From contig NIVC01001988.1 in NCBI GenBank assembly GCA_002269645.1, positions 62,001-126,000 of the forward strand: 64,000 nucleotides of DNA, written 5' to 3'. Positions 10,838 to 24,027 of this stretch are shown piece after piece; within the stretch, counting starts at the first letter, position 1; each line of letters opens with the position of its first letter. The notes under the pieces were generated by a model that saw only the letters and a list, made by a program, of their open reading frames with translations, was not told the origin of the DNA and searched no databases. The stretch is from Macrostomum lignano (Eukaryota). The position numbers and the translations under genes are program-made.

Positions 10838-11389
10838 CTACTTTTTCTTCTTCTCTTCCGGCTCGTCCGCCCAGCCAGCGCCCGGGTATTCCTCGAACTC
10901 GCGCCCGTACGAGGGGAAAGCGGAGGCGCTGTGCATCCCCTCCGGCTTGGCGTCCTCCGCTGGCGGCTGCACCTCCCCGGCGCGGAGTCGCTCTTGGCGC
11001 CGAGTTCGATCGCGCGCCGCAATTTCGGCGCCGCGGACAGATTTCAGCTCGGCTAGGCGCGCGTTGGCGGCCACCTCGGCCGCGGTGGGCGGGTCTGGCC
11101 GGCGGTGCCGCAGCCAGGACTCCCACTCGGGTGGCAGGCTCGGCGCCCCCGAGCTGTTCGGGTCGTCGTCCCGCTTCTGGCCGGGCGCCCACACGATCCG
11201 GCGGGGCCGCCGCTCCGGCCCGAGAGACTCCTCGAAGTAGCGGTTGCCGGCCGGGTCCGAGCCGACCTCCGACCGCCTGCTGCCGCCGAATATCCGGGAC
11301 AGCAGCGACAGCGGCTGCTGGCGGCACCGGGGCAGCGGCGACTGGCTCAGCAACTGCTGGAGCAGCAGCCTACGGGATGCTGGCAGCAT
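10838..11389 (-). CDS. NDUFAF2: Complex I assembly factor NDUFAF2 (mimitin, NDUFA12 family)
   Basis: VGSDPAGNRYF...RRIV...LPPEWESWLRHRRPDPPTAAEV matches NDUFAF2 (VGTDQFGNKYY...IPTEWEAWIRRTRKTPPTMEEI). The N-terminus is Arg/Leu/Ser-rich, like a mitochondrial presequence. Confidence 0.85.
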   Translation of the reverse strand: MLPASRRLLLQQLLSQSPLPRCRQQPLSLLSRIFGGSRRSEVGSDPAGNRYFEESLGPERRPRRIVWAPGQKRDDDPNSSGAPSLPPEWESWLRHRRPDPPTAAEVAANARLAELKSVRGAEIAARDRTRRQERLRAGEVQPPAEDAKPEGMHSASAFPSYGREFEEYPGAGWADEPEEKKKK

Positions 11390-11431
11390 GGCTGGGATCA
11401 GCAGTGCCAGGGAGCAATGATGAGAACGCCT

Positions 11432-11722
11432 GCTTGTCTGTCTGCCTGCCTGCCTGTCTGTCTGCCAGTCTGTCTGTCTGCCAGTCTGTCTGCCTGCCAG
11501 TCTGTCTGCCTGCTAGCCTGTCTGTCTGCTAGCCTGTCTGTCTGTCTGTCTGTCTGTCTGCTAGCCTGTCTGTCTGTCTGTCTGCCTGCCTGCCTGCCTG
11601 CCTGCATGCCTGTCTGTCTGTCTGTCTGTCTGCCTGCCTGCCTGTCTGTCTGCCTGCCTGCCTGCCTGCCTACCTGCCTGCCTGTCTGTCTATCTGTCTG
11701 TCTGTCTGTCTGCCTGTCTGTC
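11432..11722. repeat. (CTGT/CCTG)n compound microsatellite
   Basis: Tetranucleotide runs upstream of NDUFAF2. Confidence 0.95.
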
Positions 11723-12299
11723 AGTTTTGCCTGCATGCCTCTGGCTTCCAGAGGCTTCTCAAGTTATTAATGAATTCAAAAAGGCATAAATTATCACAAA
11801 GCAAGACTCTTCACTAACACTTGCTGGTCAGAAAGCATTGAATTTGTATTGACAGATTCCATTTTCGCGTCGACACTATCATATTTTAGCTAACAAGAGC
11901 GCGCAAAAAGGCAGACACAAGAAATGGAAGGAGAGAATGCAAAATCGAGGAGACAAAACGCACAACAGGAGAGCAGAGCATTATCGCTAATCAGTTAAAA
12001 TTCTCCAACGAAAAAATGCAAGAGAAAACCCATGGTTTTTAGCAACAAACCATGCTAACTGTTATTCTAGAAATTAAACTAAATAAAACTCCCTGTTTTT
12101 GGCTGAAACCCATCATCATATGGACTTCCAGACTGCAGCTTCACTGACATAGACTAGAAAACTTCGTAGTGGCTGCACCCTTCACTATAAAATAGGAGGC
12201 CTCTGATTGGCTGCAGCGCCCAAATATAAAATAGGAGGCCTCTGACTGGCTGCAGTCAGTCCAACACAGACACGAACGGACCAATCAGAGAGCCAGTCG

Positions 12300-12821
12300 T
12301 CACTGATTGGCCGTGGCCGCCAGCCTCTCCGCCCGGCCGGCCTTCTCCCTGGCCATTTTCCGCCGCTTCTCCTTCTTAGCCGCCGCCCGACGCAGCTGGT
12401 CCAGCCGGCCAAACTCCTCCGACTCGGCGTCAACGGCGAATTCTTCGCGCCGGAACATGTCGCCGAATCGAGCGTCGGTCACCACGCCGACAAGGCTGCG
12501 ATTCACCCTGGCCGCGTCGGCGTCGCCGGCGGCTGCGGCGGCTCCGGCGGCAGCCTCGGTTCGTCGAATCCGACCAGCGGCAAGGCCGTCAGTCGCCTCG
12601 CGGAGGCGCTCGCGCCTCAGCGCTGCCGTGTCGGCGCCGGTGCCGCTGAGCGCCAACTTTGCGCGCTCGTAGAGGCGCGAATCGATGAAGAAGCCGTGCA
12701 TGAAAGCGCGCAGATACTCGGTACCGATGAGGCTGGAGAGGCCAAGGCTGGTTAGCTGCTCTCGAGTCAGGAATTTGTAATTGTCGTACAGAACTGTCTC
12801 CGTGCGCTCCTGCTCTTCCAC
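12300..12821 (-). CDS. NOL10: NOL10 exon 4 (last coding exon; NUC153 region)
   Basis: VEEQERTETVLYDNYKFLTREQLTSLGLSSLIGTEYLRAFMHGFFIDSRLY...DARFGDMFRREEFAVDAESEEF. Acceptor TTCAG at 12822, phase 0, stop TGA at 12300. Confidence 0.92.
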   Translation of the reverse strand: MEEQERTETVLYDNYKFLTREQLTSLGLSSLIGTEYLRAFMHGFFIDSRLYERAKLALSGTGADTAALRRERLREATDGLAAGRIRRTEAAAGAAAAAGDADAARVNRSLVGVVTDARFGDMFRREEFAVDAESEEFGRLDQLRRAAAKKEKRRKMAREKAGRAERLAATANQ

Positions 12822-12989
12822 CTGAATGAGAGAAAGTGCGGAGACATGGGGAGGTAAAGAATGCGCACTTTTAGAGACTCTGTTGTGTACTTTAGGGGCT
12901 TGAGTGGTGTGTACTTTTATAGGTAGATTGGGATGAAACAGGTGTGTACTTTGGGAGTAGATGGGGCTTAGGTCAGTGTATACTTTAAG

Positions 12990-13320
12990 ATAGGGTTTAG
13001 GCAGGTGTGTATTTTAATTGTAGATGGGGTTTAGGTCGGTGTGTACTTTATGATTAGATGGGTTTAGGTCAGTGTGTACTTTTGATTAGATGGGTTTAGG
13101 TCGGTGTGTACTTTATGATTAGATGGGTTTAGGTCGGTGTGTACTTTATGATTAGATGGGTTTAGGTCCGTGTGTACTTTATGATTAGATGGGTTTAGGT
13201 CGGTGTGTATTTTATGATTAGATGGGTTTAGGTCAGTGTGTACTTCATGATTAGATGGGTTTAGGTCCTGTGTACTTTATGATTAGATGGGTTTAGGTCG
13301 GTGTGTACTTTATGTACTTT
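12990..13320. repeat. 33-bp minisatellite in NOL10 intron 3
   Basis: GTGTGTACTTTATGATTAGATGGGTTTAGGTCG units. Confidence 0.92.
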
Positions 13321-13892
13321 GCTGGTGTGTACTTTAGGAGTAGATATGGTTCAGGCGGTTGTGTACTTTAAGATTATATGGTTAGTTCGGTGTGCAGTTC
13401 AAATGCATAAGCACACACGAGGTAGATGTTAGTAATTAATCAGAAGTGACATTGAAGTGGATTAAGAGGACACGCAAGGAAGTGAGGAAGCTGTAGAAAA
13501 AAAAGATGAGAACTTCAGTGCATTTTAAGGACAGGTTCAACATCAAAAACAGGTCCTCAGCACGCAGGTGAAGCTCTGCCAGAGCTGGCAGCCACGCTGA
13601 TTGCACTGAAGGCAAGTTGCGAATGAATCTCAGGAATTTGGCTCAAGGCGGGGGGAGTAGGAAATACAAAGAAAGACAGGATTATCAGAGGAAAAATGTT
13701 AATCTACTGGGGATAAAGCGTGGAAATTTATAACAAAATTTGATATCGGGAGAAGCTTGGGAAGCCACAACTGATACAGAAGGCACCTGACCTGCTCGAT
13801 AATAAAATGCATGGGATCAGGTGCAGAAAACAGGTTAACAAGGCAAATACAGGGCAATTGTGGGACAGCCGAATGCCTGCAGATTGTCAATT

Positions 13893-14988
13893 ATCTGATC
13901 CTACTACAATGTCACTTTGGGAGCACTCTGATCCTACTACAATGTCACTTTGGGAGCACTCTGATCCTACTACAATGTCACTTTGGGAGCACTCTGATCC
14001 TACTACAATGTCACTTTGGGAGCACTCTGATCCTACTACAATGTCACTCTGGGAGCACTCTGATCCTACTACAATGTCACTCTGGTAGCACTCTGATCCT
14101 ACTACAATGTCACTCTAGCACTCTGATTCTACTACAATTTCACTCTGGAAGCACTCTGATCCTACTACAATGTCACTCTGGTAGCACTCTGATCCTACTA
14201 CAATGTCACTTTGGTAGCACTCTGATCCTACTACAATGTCACTCTGGTAGCACTCTGATCCTACTACTATGTCACTCTGGTAGCACTCTGATCCTACTAC
14301 AATGTCACTCTAGCACTCTGATCCTACTACAATGTCACTCTGGTAGCACTCTGATCCTACTACAATGTCACTCTAGCACTCTGATTCTACTACAATTTCA
14401 CTCTGGTAGCACTCTGATCCTACTACTATGTCACTTTGGTAGCACTCTGATCCTACTACAATGTCACTCTAGCACTCTGATTCTACTACAATTTCACTCT
14501 GGTAGCACTCTGATCCTACTACAATGTCACTCTAGCACTCTGATTCTACTACAATTTCACTCTGGGAGCACTCTGATCCTACTACAATGTCACTCTAGCA
14601 CTCTGATCCTACTACAATGTCACTCTGGTAGCACTCTGATCCTACTACAATGTCACTCTGGTAGCACTCTGATCCTACTACAATGTCACTCTAGCACTCT
14701 GATTCTACTACAATTTCACTCTGGTAGCACTCTGATCCTACTACTATGTCACTCTGGTAGCACTCTGATCCTACTACAATGTCACTCTGGTAGCACTCTG
14801 ATCCTACTACAATGTCACTCTAGCACTCTGATTCTACTACAATTTCACTCTGGTAGCACTCTGATCCTACTACTATGTCACTTTGGTAGCACTCTGATCC
14901 TACTACAATGTCACTCTAGCACTCTGATTCTACTACAATTTCACTCTGGTAGCACTCTGATCCTACTACTATGTCACTCTGGTAGCAC
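13893..14988. repeat. 33/30-bp minisatellite in NOL10 intron 3
   Basis: CTGATCCTACTACAATGTCACTCT(GG)TAGCACT units; source of the spurious ORF 13811-15085. Confidence 0.95.
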
Positions 14989-15562
14989 TCATTCAATTTT
15001 CTGGGTGACATTGGGAGTGCTTTTCTGGTTTTCTGGGAGTGCTGATAAAACTGAAAAGTACTGTTCTGCACGCCAGCTAAATTAAAAAGTACAAAAAGCA
15101 TTCTGCAAAAGCAAACCAAAACGCATCGCAGTAGAGAAAAACAAGTGGGGGGGGGTAGTTAGTCAGCTGATTAGTAGAAAATTTCTTGACAATACAGGTG
15201 TGTTCAACAAGCAGCAGCAGCAGCAGCAGAAGACACAAAACAACACAATTGCAGATCGATAAAGGGAAAAGAAAAAAGCAACCAAGCACAGAGAGAGACT
15301 CAATGTCAGCTCAGAGAGGCGGGGAGAAGAAGTGGAGGCATCATAGCTAGTTAATTCACAAGCAGCCTAGCGCTTAAGCAAGGACATGGAGCCTCAGATA
15401 CAAATTCTGGAAAAGAAGCAGATTGGTACGCGGAGATGTAGGATACTTGAGACGGGGAGGAATTCTTAAGAGGAGAGGGCAGAAGCACTAGAAGCGAGGG
15501 CATGAATTCCTAAAATCTACAAGAATATGGAGGAGAAACTGCAACAGGATATATGGAGGAGA

Positions 15563-15830
15563 AAGCTCCAGGATACTCAAGCTCCAGGATACTCAAGCTC
15601 GAAACTTCTCAAGCTCCAGGATACTCAAGCTCGAAACTTCTCAAGCTCCAGGATACTCAAGCTCGAAACTTCTCAAGCTCCAGGATACTCAAGCTCGAAA
15701 CTTCTCAAGCTCGAAACTTCTCAAACTCAAAACTTCTTAAGCTCCAGGATACTCAAGCTCGAAACTTCTCAAGCTCCAGGATACTCAAGCTCGAAACTTC
15801 TCAAACCTGAAGCTTCTGAAACTCGAAACT
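15563..15830. repeat. 16+16-bp dimeric minisatellite in NOL10 intron 3
   Basis: AAGCTCCAGGATACTC and AAGCTCGAAACTTCTC units. Confidence 0.92.
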
Positions 15831-15888
15831 TTACAACCTTGGAAATGTCACAATGAAGCAGAGGGTCAGAGAGCTGGCTGGCACAAAC

Positions 15889-16101
15889 CTCATTGTCCAA
15901 TCGAGAGCAGAACTTCGGCGCCGGGCCCAGCTCAGGAATGAACAACGGCACAACCTCGGGCTGTTCGCAAGCCAGCATGAGCAGTCCGGAATTGGGGAAG
16001 TGCAGCATGTGGTTGATGTTCACGCCTGGCTCCACGGCTGTGTAGGGGGAGCCGTCAGCCTGGTGCCACAGCTTGACGCACTTCGAATCGGAGCTGATGA
16101 C
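15889..16101 (-). CDS. NOL10: NOL10 exon 3
   Basis: VISSDSKCVKLW...FIPELGPAPKFCSRLDNE matches NOL10 (YIPVLGPAPRWCSFLDN). CCGCAG|GTC acceptor, GAG|GTTTGT donor, 213 nt, phase 0. Confidence 0.92.
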
Positions 16102-16179
16102 CTGCGGGCAAATCAATTTCAATTTTTCATTCCAAGAAGTAAAAGTTTTGGAATCTTGCAGAGCAATTCACATCTTTAT

Positions 16180-17125
16180 AGAATCTCACCCAGAGATACT
16201 CCGTTTTTCAGGTCTCACAGAATCTCACCCAGAGATACTCCGTTTTTCAGGTCTCACAGAATCTCACCCAGAGATACTCCGTTTTTCAGGTCTCACAGAA
16301 TCTCACCCAGAGATACTCCGTTTTTCAGGTCTCACAGAATCTCACCCAGAGATACTCCGTTTTTCAGGTCTCACAGAATCTCACCCAGAGATACTCCGTT
16401 TTTCAGGTCTCACAGAATCTCACCCAGAAATACTCAGTTTTTCAGGTCTCACAGAATCTCACCCAGAGATACTCCGTTTTTCAGGTCTCACAGAATCTCA
16501 CCCAGAGATACTCCGTTTTTCAGGTCTCACAGAATCTCACCCAGAAATACTCCGTTTTTCAGGTCTCACAGAATCTCACCCAGAAATACTCCGTTTTTCA
16601 GGTCTCACAGAATCTCACCCAGAGATACTCCGTTTTTCAGGTCTCACAGAATCTGACCCAGAGATACTCCGTTTTTCAGGTCTCACAGAATCTCACCCAG
16701 AGATACTCCGTTTTTCAGGTCTCACAGAATCTCACCCAGAAATACTCCGTTTTTCAGCTCTCACAGAATCTCACCCAGAGATACTCCGTTTTTCAGGTCT
16801 CACAGAATCTCACCCAGAGATACTCCGTTTTTCAGGTCTCACAGAATCCCATCCTGAGATATTTATCTTTCAAATAATCTCATTCAGCCAGCTCTATTCA
16901 TTATTCATTCAGGTCTAAGAGAAACTCACCAGGAGATATTTAACTTTCATAGATCAATCTCCAATGAGATATTCAGGTCTCACAGAATCTCACCAGGAGA
17001 TATTCAGGTCTCACAGAATCTCACCAGGATATATTCAGGTCTTACTTAATCTCACCTTAAGATATTTAGCTCTCAGAGAATCTCACCCAGAGATATTCAG
17101 CTCTCGGAAAATCTCACCCTGAGAT
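16180..17125. repeat. 39-bp minisatellite (with 31-bp variants) filling NOL10 intron 2
   Basis: AGAATCTCACCCAGAGATACTCCGTTTTTCAGGTCTCAC units to about 16850, then shorter variants. Confidence 0.94.
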
Positions 17126-17165
17126 CTTTACCTCACCTCTTGAGACAGAATCTTAAGCAACCCAC

Positions 17166-17702
17166 CTTGTCGCCATGAAAGGCAATGGAGTGCACGGCCA
17201 CCCCGTATCTGTGGTCCTTGACAACGCAGGGCCGGCGCTCTCTGATATCGTAAATCAACGCGTGCCCGGTTGCCATGCCAACGCCTAAAGTCACGTGATC
17301 TCTGGGGCGCAGACAGCTGACTGAGGACAGGCCGCCAACCTCGGGCCCGACGTCCAGAGTGGCCACGGCGGCCTTGGCCGCGCGGTCCCAGGCCTGCACC
17401 TTGGCATCGTCGGTGCCCACAAACAGCAGGCCATTCTGCGGGCACTCGGCGCACCGGTAGTTCTCCACTGCGGCCTCCGTTGTCCACGGCTGCATGAAGC
17501 GGCCCAGCTCCAGGTTCAGCCGGTGCAGCTGCTGGCCGGCCGTGGCCACAATCAGCTCGCCAGTCCAGCTGCACCAGGCCAGGTCGCGGCCCTCGGCCGG
17601 CACCCGCAGCTTGTAGTGGTGGCCCTGCTGTGAGTGCAGCTCCAGCCAGCGCTCCGCCTCCAGCAGGGCCAGCTTGCTGTAGTCCTCGCTGATTGACACC
17701 AG
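17166..17702 (-). CDS. NOL10: NOL10 exon 2 (WD40 region)
   Basis: LVSISEDYSKL...RLNLELGRFMQPW...VVKDHRYGVAVHSIAFHGDK. CCGCAG acceptor, AAG|GTGGGT donor, 537 nt, phase 0. Confidence 0.93.
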
Positions 17703-17764
17703 CTGCGGGGCGGTGGAGGCGTGACTTTTAATCACAATTTATCTACGTCTATTTTTTTTATAAT

Positions 17765-18985
17765 CCAAATCTCACCCCTGAGATTAACAAACACTCAAAT
17801 CTCACCCCTTAGATTGGCAAACACTCAAATCTCACCCCTGAGATTGATTAATACTCATCTCACCCCTGAGATTGGCAAACACTCAAATCTCACCCCTGAG
17901 ATTGGCAAACACTCAAATCTCACCCCTCAGATTGGTAAACACTCAAATCTCACCCCTCAGATTGATTAATACTCATCTCACCCCTGAGATTGGCAAACAC
18001 TCAAATCTCACCCCTCAGATTGGTAAACACTCAAATCTCACCCCTCAGATTGATTAATACTCATCTCACCCCTGAGATTGGCAAACACTCAAATCTCACC
18101 CCTTAGATTGGCAAACACTCAAATCTCACCCCTCAGATTGATTAATACTCATCTCACCCCTGAGATTGGCAAACACTCAAATCTCACCCCTGAGATTGGC
18201 AAACACTCAAATCTCACCCCTGAGATTGGCAAACACTCAAATCTCACCCCTGAGATTGACAAACACTCAAATCTCACCCCTGAGATTGACAAACACTCAA
18301 ATCTCACCCCTCAGATTGACAAACACTCAAATCTCACCCCTCAGATTGACAAACACTCAAATCTCACCCCTCAGATTGATTAATACTCATCTCACCCCTG
18401 AGATTGGCAAGCACTCAAATCTCACCCCTGAGATTGGCAAACACTCAAATCTCACCCCTGAGATTGGCAAACACTCAAATCTCACCCCTGAGATTGACAA
18501 ACACTCAAATCTCACCCCTGAGATTGACAAACACTCAAATCTCACCCCTCAGATTGACAAACACTCAAATCTCACCCCTCAGATTGACAAACACTCAAAT
18601 CTCACCCCTCAGATTGATTAATACTCATCTCACCCCTGAGATTGGCAAGCACTCAAATCTCACCCCTGAGATTGGCAAACACTCAAATCTCACCCCTGAG
18701 ATTGGCAAACACTCAAATCTCACCCCTGAGATTGGCAAACACTCAAATCTCACCCCTGAGATTGACAAACACTCAAATCTCACCCCTGAGATTGACAAAC
18801 ACTCAAATCTCACCCCTCAGATTGACAAACACTCAAATCTCACCCCTCAGATTGACAAACACTCAAATCTCACCCCTCAGATTGATTAATACTCATCTCA
18901 CCCCTGAGATTGGCAAGCACTCAAATCTCACCACTGAGATTGATAAACACTCAAATCTCACCCCTGAGATTGACAATCCTTAAAA
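17765..18985. repeat. 30/28-bp minisatellite in NOL10 intron 1
   Basis: AAACACTCAAATCTCACCCCTGAGATTGGC units. Confidence 0.95.
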
Positions 18986-19527
18986 TTCACCCCCTAAGAT
19001 TTATATCGATTAATCTCACCCAGACATTACTAATATTCTCATCTCAACCAGAGATTTGCAGCCTTAGGTCTCATCACTCATCGTGAGATAATTTTGAATA
19101 AATTATTCATAACTAGCTTTCGCGGTTTATATCACATTTATCCCATTATTCAAATCTGAGCTTACTTTTTTGCATATCAGACCGTCATTAAGTGAGGCTG
19201 CACTCCCTATCGTGACCATATATAACCCAAGCAGTTCTATATCTATCCCATATCGCTGCCCTCCCACCCAGTCAAAAACTTATAGGCAGTGAGTCAACGC
19301 GCACAAAGCAAAATAGGCGGCAGAATCGCGCCATCAAAAAACTGCCTGCTTGGCGAGCAGAGCAAACAGAAGCAAGCGGATTGCGGGAAGGAAATTTTCC
19401 ACTGCTTACTTCTAAAAGCAAATAAGTAATCCAGGTAACAGGTAATCCTTTGCGCACGAATTTGAATAGACTAACCGAGCCGAGGCGTCAGGATGCAGTT
19501 AAAAATTATTACAATATAGTAATTTAT

Positions 19528-20465
19528 AAAATCCCTAATCCCAGATCTATGAAATCCCAAATCCCAGATCTATGAAATCCCAGATCCTAGATCTGTAAAA
19601 TCCCAGATCCCAGATCTATGAAATCCCTAATCCCAGATCTATGAAATCCCAAATCCCGGATCTATGAAATCCCAGATCCCAGATCTATGAAATCCCAGAT
19701 CCCAGATCTATGAAATCCCAGATCCCAGATCTGTAAAATCCCAGATCCCAGATCTATGAAATCCCTAATCCCAGATCTATGAAATCCCAAATCTCAGATC
19801 TGTAAAATCCCAAATCCCAGATCTATGAAATCCCAAATCCCGGATCTATGAAATCCAAAATCCCAGATCTATGAAATCCCAAATCCCAGATCTATAAAAT
19901 CCCAGATCCCAGATCTATGAAATCCCTAATCCCAGATCTATGAAATCCCAAATCTCAGATCTGTAAAATCCCTAATCCCAGATCTATGAAATCCCAAATC
20001 CCAGATCTATGAAATCCCAAATCCCGGATCTATGAAATCCCAGATCCCAGATCTATGAAATCCCAGATCCCAGATCTGTAAAATCCCAGATCCCAGATCT
20101 ATGAAATCCCTAATCCCAGATCTATGAAATCCCAAATCTCAGATCTGTAAAATCCCAAATCCCAGATCTATGAAATCCCAAATCCCGGATCTATGAAATC
20201 CAAAATCCCAGATCTATGAAATCCCAAATCCCAGATCTATAAAATCCCAGATCCCAGATCTATGAAATCCCTAATCCCAGATCTATGAAATCCCAAATCT
20301 CAGATCTGTAAAATCCCAAATCCCAGATCTATGAAATCCCTAATCCCAGATCTATGAAATCCCAAATCCCAGATCTATGAAATCCCAAATCCCAAATCTA
20401 TGAAATCCTAAATCCCAGATGTATGAAATCCCAAATCCCAGATCTATAAAATCCTAAATCCCAGT
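19528..20465. repeat. 23-bp minisatellite in NOL10 intron 1
   Basis: ATCCCAGATCTATGAAATCCCAA units. Confidence 0.95.
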
Positions 20466-21024
20466 TCCCGAATCTCCGATTGAATAACGCCCGTAGCAAA
20501 CTCAATTCAAATCCCAAGACAGCCCCAAACACAGTAAATCAAGGGCCCTTCATTAACCAGGCAAGATGCTTAAGCAAGTGATGAAGCAGGAAAAACAGCA
20601 AATTTGAGGGCAGCTGTCAATCAGGCAAAACAAACTCCGCACGTGAAGTCTCTGATTTGCTTGGCGCTGCCTGCATCCTCCATTTCTGCAACAAATTGCA
20701 TGCAAGGAAGCTATTTTTACTTCTCTCCCAGACTTGTTTAAATGTAACAAGCGACTCGGGCGGGTCAGCTGCTGCTCTGGCTTATCAGCTGGAGGGGGCA
20801 ATGGGAATGCCCGCCTGCTGCCACAGCTGCCGCAGTTGTCATGGCGACTGTCAGGGCATGCACACAGACTCTGTCTGGGCTGATTCCTGTTACTGTCGGC
20901 GATATACTTTAGTTTTAGAAACAAGTTTGTGAAGCATTTCTTTAGACAAATAACCTCAGAAATCCCTTTGTCTGGTAAATTGACTGTCTAAAGCGCTGCT
21001 GGTATACGTAATATGCGACTGGCT

Positions 21025-21054
21025 GGGGACAGACAGACAGACAGACGGACAGGC

Positions 21055-21087
<33 letters not shown>

Positions 21088-21162
21088 GGCAGACAGACAG
21101 ATACACAGACAGGCAGACAGACAGACAGGCAGACAGACAAACATAGGGAGAAAGAAATACTA

Positions 21163-21233
<71 letters not shown>

Positions 21234-21302
21234 GACGACAGACAGACAGGCAGACAGACAGGCAGACAGACAGATACACAGACAGGCAGACAGACAGACA
21301 GG

Positions 21303-21338
<36 letters not shown>

Positions 21339-21394
21339 GACGACAGACAGACAGGCAGACAGACAGGCAGACATACAGATACACATACAGATAC

Positions 21395-21441
<47 letters not shown>

Positions 21442-21929
21442 GGCAGACAGACAGACAGAGACGACAGACAGGCAGGCAGACAGACAGACACACAGACAGG
21501 CAGACAGACACAGACAGGCAGACAGACAGACAGACAGGCAGACAGGCAGACAGACAGACACACAGACAGACAGACAGACAGTCAGACACGGACATACAGA
21601 CAGACACACAGACAGACAGACAGACACACAGACAGACAGACAGACAGACACACACACACATACAGGCAGACACACAGACAGACAGGCAGACAGGCAGACA
21701 GACAGACACACAGACAGACAGACACACACACATACAGGCAGACACACAGACAGACAGACACACAGACAGACACACAGACACACAGACAGGCAGACAGTCA
21801 GACACGGACATACAGACAGACACACAGACAGGCAGACACACAGACAGGCAGACACAGACAGACAGACAGACACACAGACAGACAGACAGGCAGACAGACA
21901 GACACACAGACAGACAGACAGACAGACAC

Positions 21930-21964
<35 letters not shown>

Positions 21965-22215
21965 CACAGACAGACAGACAGACAGACAGACACACAGACA
22001 GACAGACACACAGACAGACAGACACACACACAGACAGGCAGACACACAGACACACAGACAGACACACAGACACACAGACACACACACACACAGACAGGCA
22101 GACAGTCAGACACGGACATACAGACAGACACACAGACAGGCAGACACACAGACAGGCAGACACAGACAGACAGACAGACACACAGACAGACAGACGCACA
22201 GACAGACAGACACAC
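21025..22215. repeat. (CAGA/CA/CAGG)n compound microsatellite in NOL10 intron 1
   Basis: Starts about 15 nt from the exon 1 donor; source of the CLSV/TDRQ ORFs. Confidence 0.96.
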
Positions 22216-22230
22216 AGAGGCCCAACAAAC

Positions 22231-22527
22231 CTTATGCGCAGGCGAGTCGATGCAGCGCTCAAACTTGAGTGACAGGTTGGCCAGCTCATAGCAGTTCATC
22301 CTGGGCTTGTACACGCCCAGCAGGAACAGGTACTGCTGGTCAGGCGACAGCGCCAGGTAGTTGCAGAGGTTGGGCATGGCCAGGTCCTGCACCAGCTGGA
22401 TGGACTGCCGCAGGCTGGGGTCGGCCTTGCGCAGCTGCCGCTTCTTCCTGTCGGACAGCCAGTCCGGCAGCGACTGCGCATGCAGCAGGTTGTAAATCTT
22501 GACGCTGTTCGGTGCGATGACCTGCAT
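22231..22527 (-). CDS. NOL10: NOL10 exon 1
   Basis: [32 protein letters not shown]...[23 protein letters not shown] matches NOL10 ([27 protein letters not shown]). TTGCAG directly precedes the ATG; donor AAG|GTTTGT. Confidence 0.94.
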
Positions 22528-22624
22528 CTGCAAGCATTATGGTTATGGGATCTTGGAACAGTCACTTGGGGTATTGAATCCCTAAATAATTAACCCATAT
22601 TTTCAACCTCAAACAGCCAAATTC

Positions 22625-22985
22625 ATATCCAAAAAATCCTCAAATTCAGATCCCTAAAAATCCTTAAATTCAGATCCTAAAAATCCTTAAATTCAGATCC
22701 CTAAAAATCCTTAAATTCAGATCCCTAAAAATTCTCAAATTCAGATCCCTAAAAATTCTTAAATTCAGATCCCTAAAAATCCTTAAATTCAGATCCCTAA
22801 AAATCCTTAAATTCAGATCCTAAAAAGCCTCAAATTCAGATCCTTAAAATCCTCAAATTCAGATCCTAAAAACCCTCAAATTCAGATCCTTAAAATCCTC
22901 AAATTCAGATCCTAAAAACCCTCAAATTCAGATCCTAAAAATCCTCAAATTCAGATTCCGAAAATCCCCAAATTCAGATCCTAAA
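22625..22985. repeat. 22-24-bp minisatellite upstream of NOL10
   Basis: AAATTCAGATCCCTAAAAATCCT(C/T) units. Confidence 0.9.
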
Positions 22986-24027
22986 TCTCATTCAAGATTT
23001 TAGATTCCCAACTCTAGACGTCAAATCCTTGAACTATTTTAAACTCTATTCTCAAACGAACTAACGACAGATATCACTGTAGTTTCTTGCAAGAAGATAT
23101 TGAAACGAAAAAGACGATTAATAGACACACTAAACTCAGACAGAGGGGTCACGGAGACTCGTACTCAGTCTGGTACTCAGTACATTGGCTTAACAGACAA
23201 AAATAGCGGAGATACATGGATATTGCAGCTAGAATCAGATAAAAAAGTACACGAGAGCCTGGAGTAATTTCCACAGCAATAACTTTACATTGCTACTGAC
23301 AAAAGTAGAGTAGTGTGTAAAAAGCCGGAAAAAAGCACAGAATCGGTTCAGACTGTAGGAATATTTACTTGATTCAACTCTTGGTGGATAAAAAAAGGCT
23401 AATGATATTCATCAGATGATAAACGAACCGCCCGTGAAGGTGAGGAAACGAAAGACAACACAAGAGAAGACATTTTATTGCAAAATTTCAAATAAAAATT
23501 TCATCAAAAATAATTACAGTCCACAGAAGACTGGATGGAGATCCTCTCTGATCGGAAAATGACAAAGTCTGGGAAGTACAAGTTGAATATGGCGCTATTG
23601 TTAAGCAATAATTAGTCTATCTACATGGACTTTTAGCGCAGCAAACTGGCATAAAAGTTTCTAGTTTGTCTCAACGGCAATTTCCTAATACTGACCAAAA
23701 ATTTAACGCTTAAAATGTTATTATTCGTTTGTCTTAAATAAAAAATAACACACGAATGACAACTGTCTTACTTATTATGAGTAGTCGTTACAGCATTTTT
23801 TTCTAGATAAAAATAAAAAATCGTTAATCGTTGGGTAAAATGTTGAACACACGGACTCAATTCAGAATAAAAAGGCCGAAAGAAGAGACCGAAAAAAAGC
23901 ACAAAAAATATTTTTATTGCAATCTGCTGAAGCTTATGAATGTAAATATTAATTATTAACATACTGATTGGCACACTGAAAACCACAGAGTAGGCCGGCA
24001 AAAACAACTGGTAGGTGCTGCTGCCCT

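Noticed and set aside
13811-15085. Long ORFs made of repeated peptides (also 946-1959, 15853-16918, 17721-18983, 20942-22272, 23956-24897, 25344-26264, 28603-29324, 45545-46108, 55105-56211)
   Set aside because: They are translations of tandem DNA repeats lying in introns or spacers of verified genes; stop-free frames arise trivially from the units.
20553-20932. Possible nested gene in NOL10 intron 1
   Set aside because: The ORFs on both strands lack recognisable domains or consistent splice signals.
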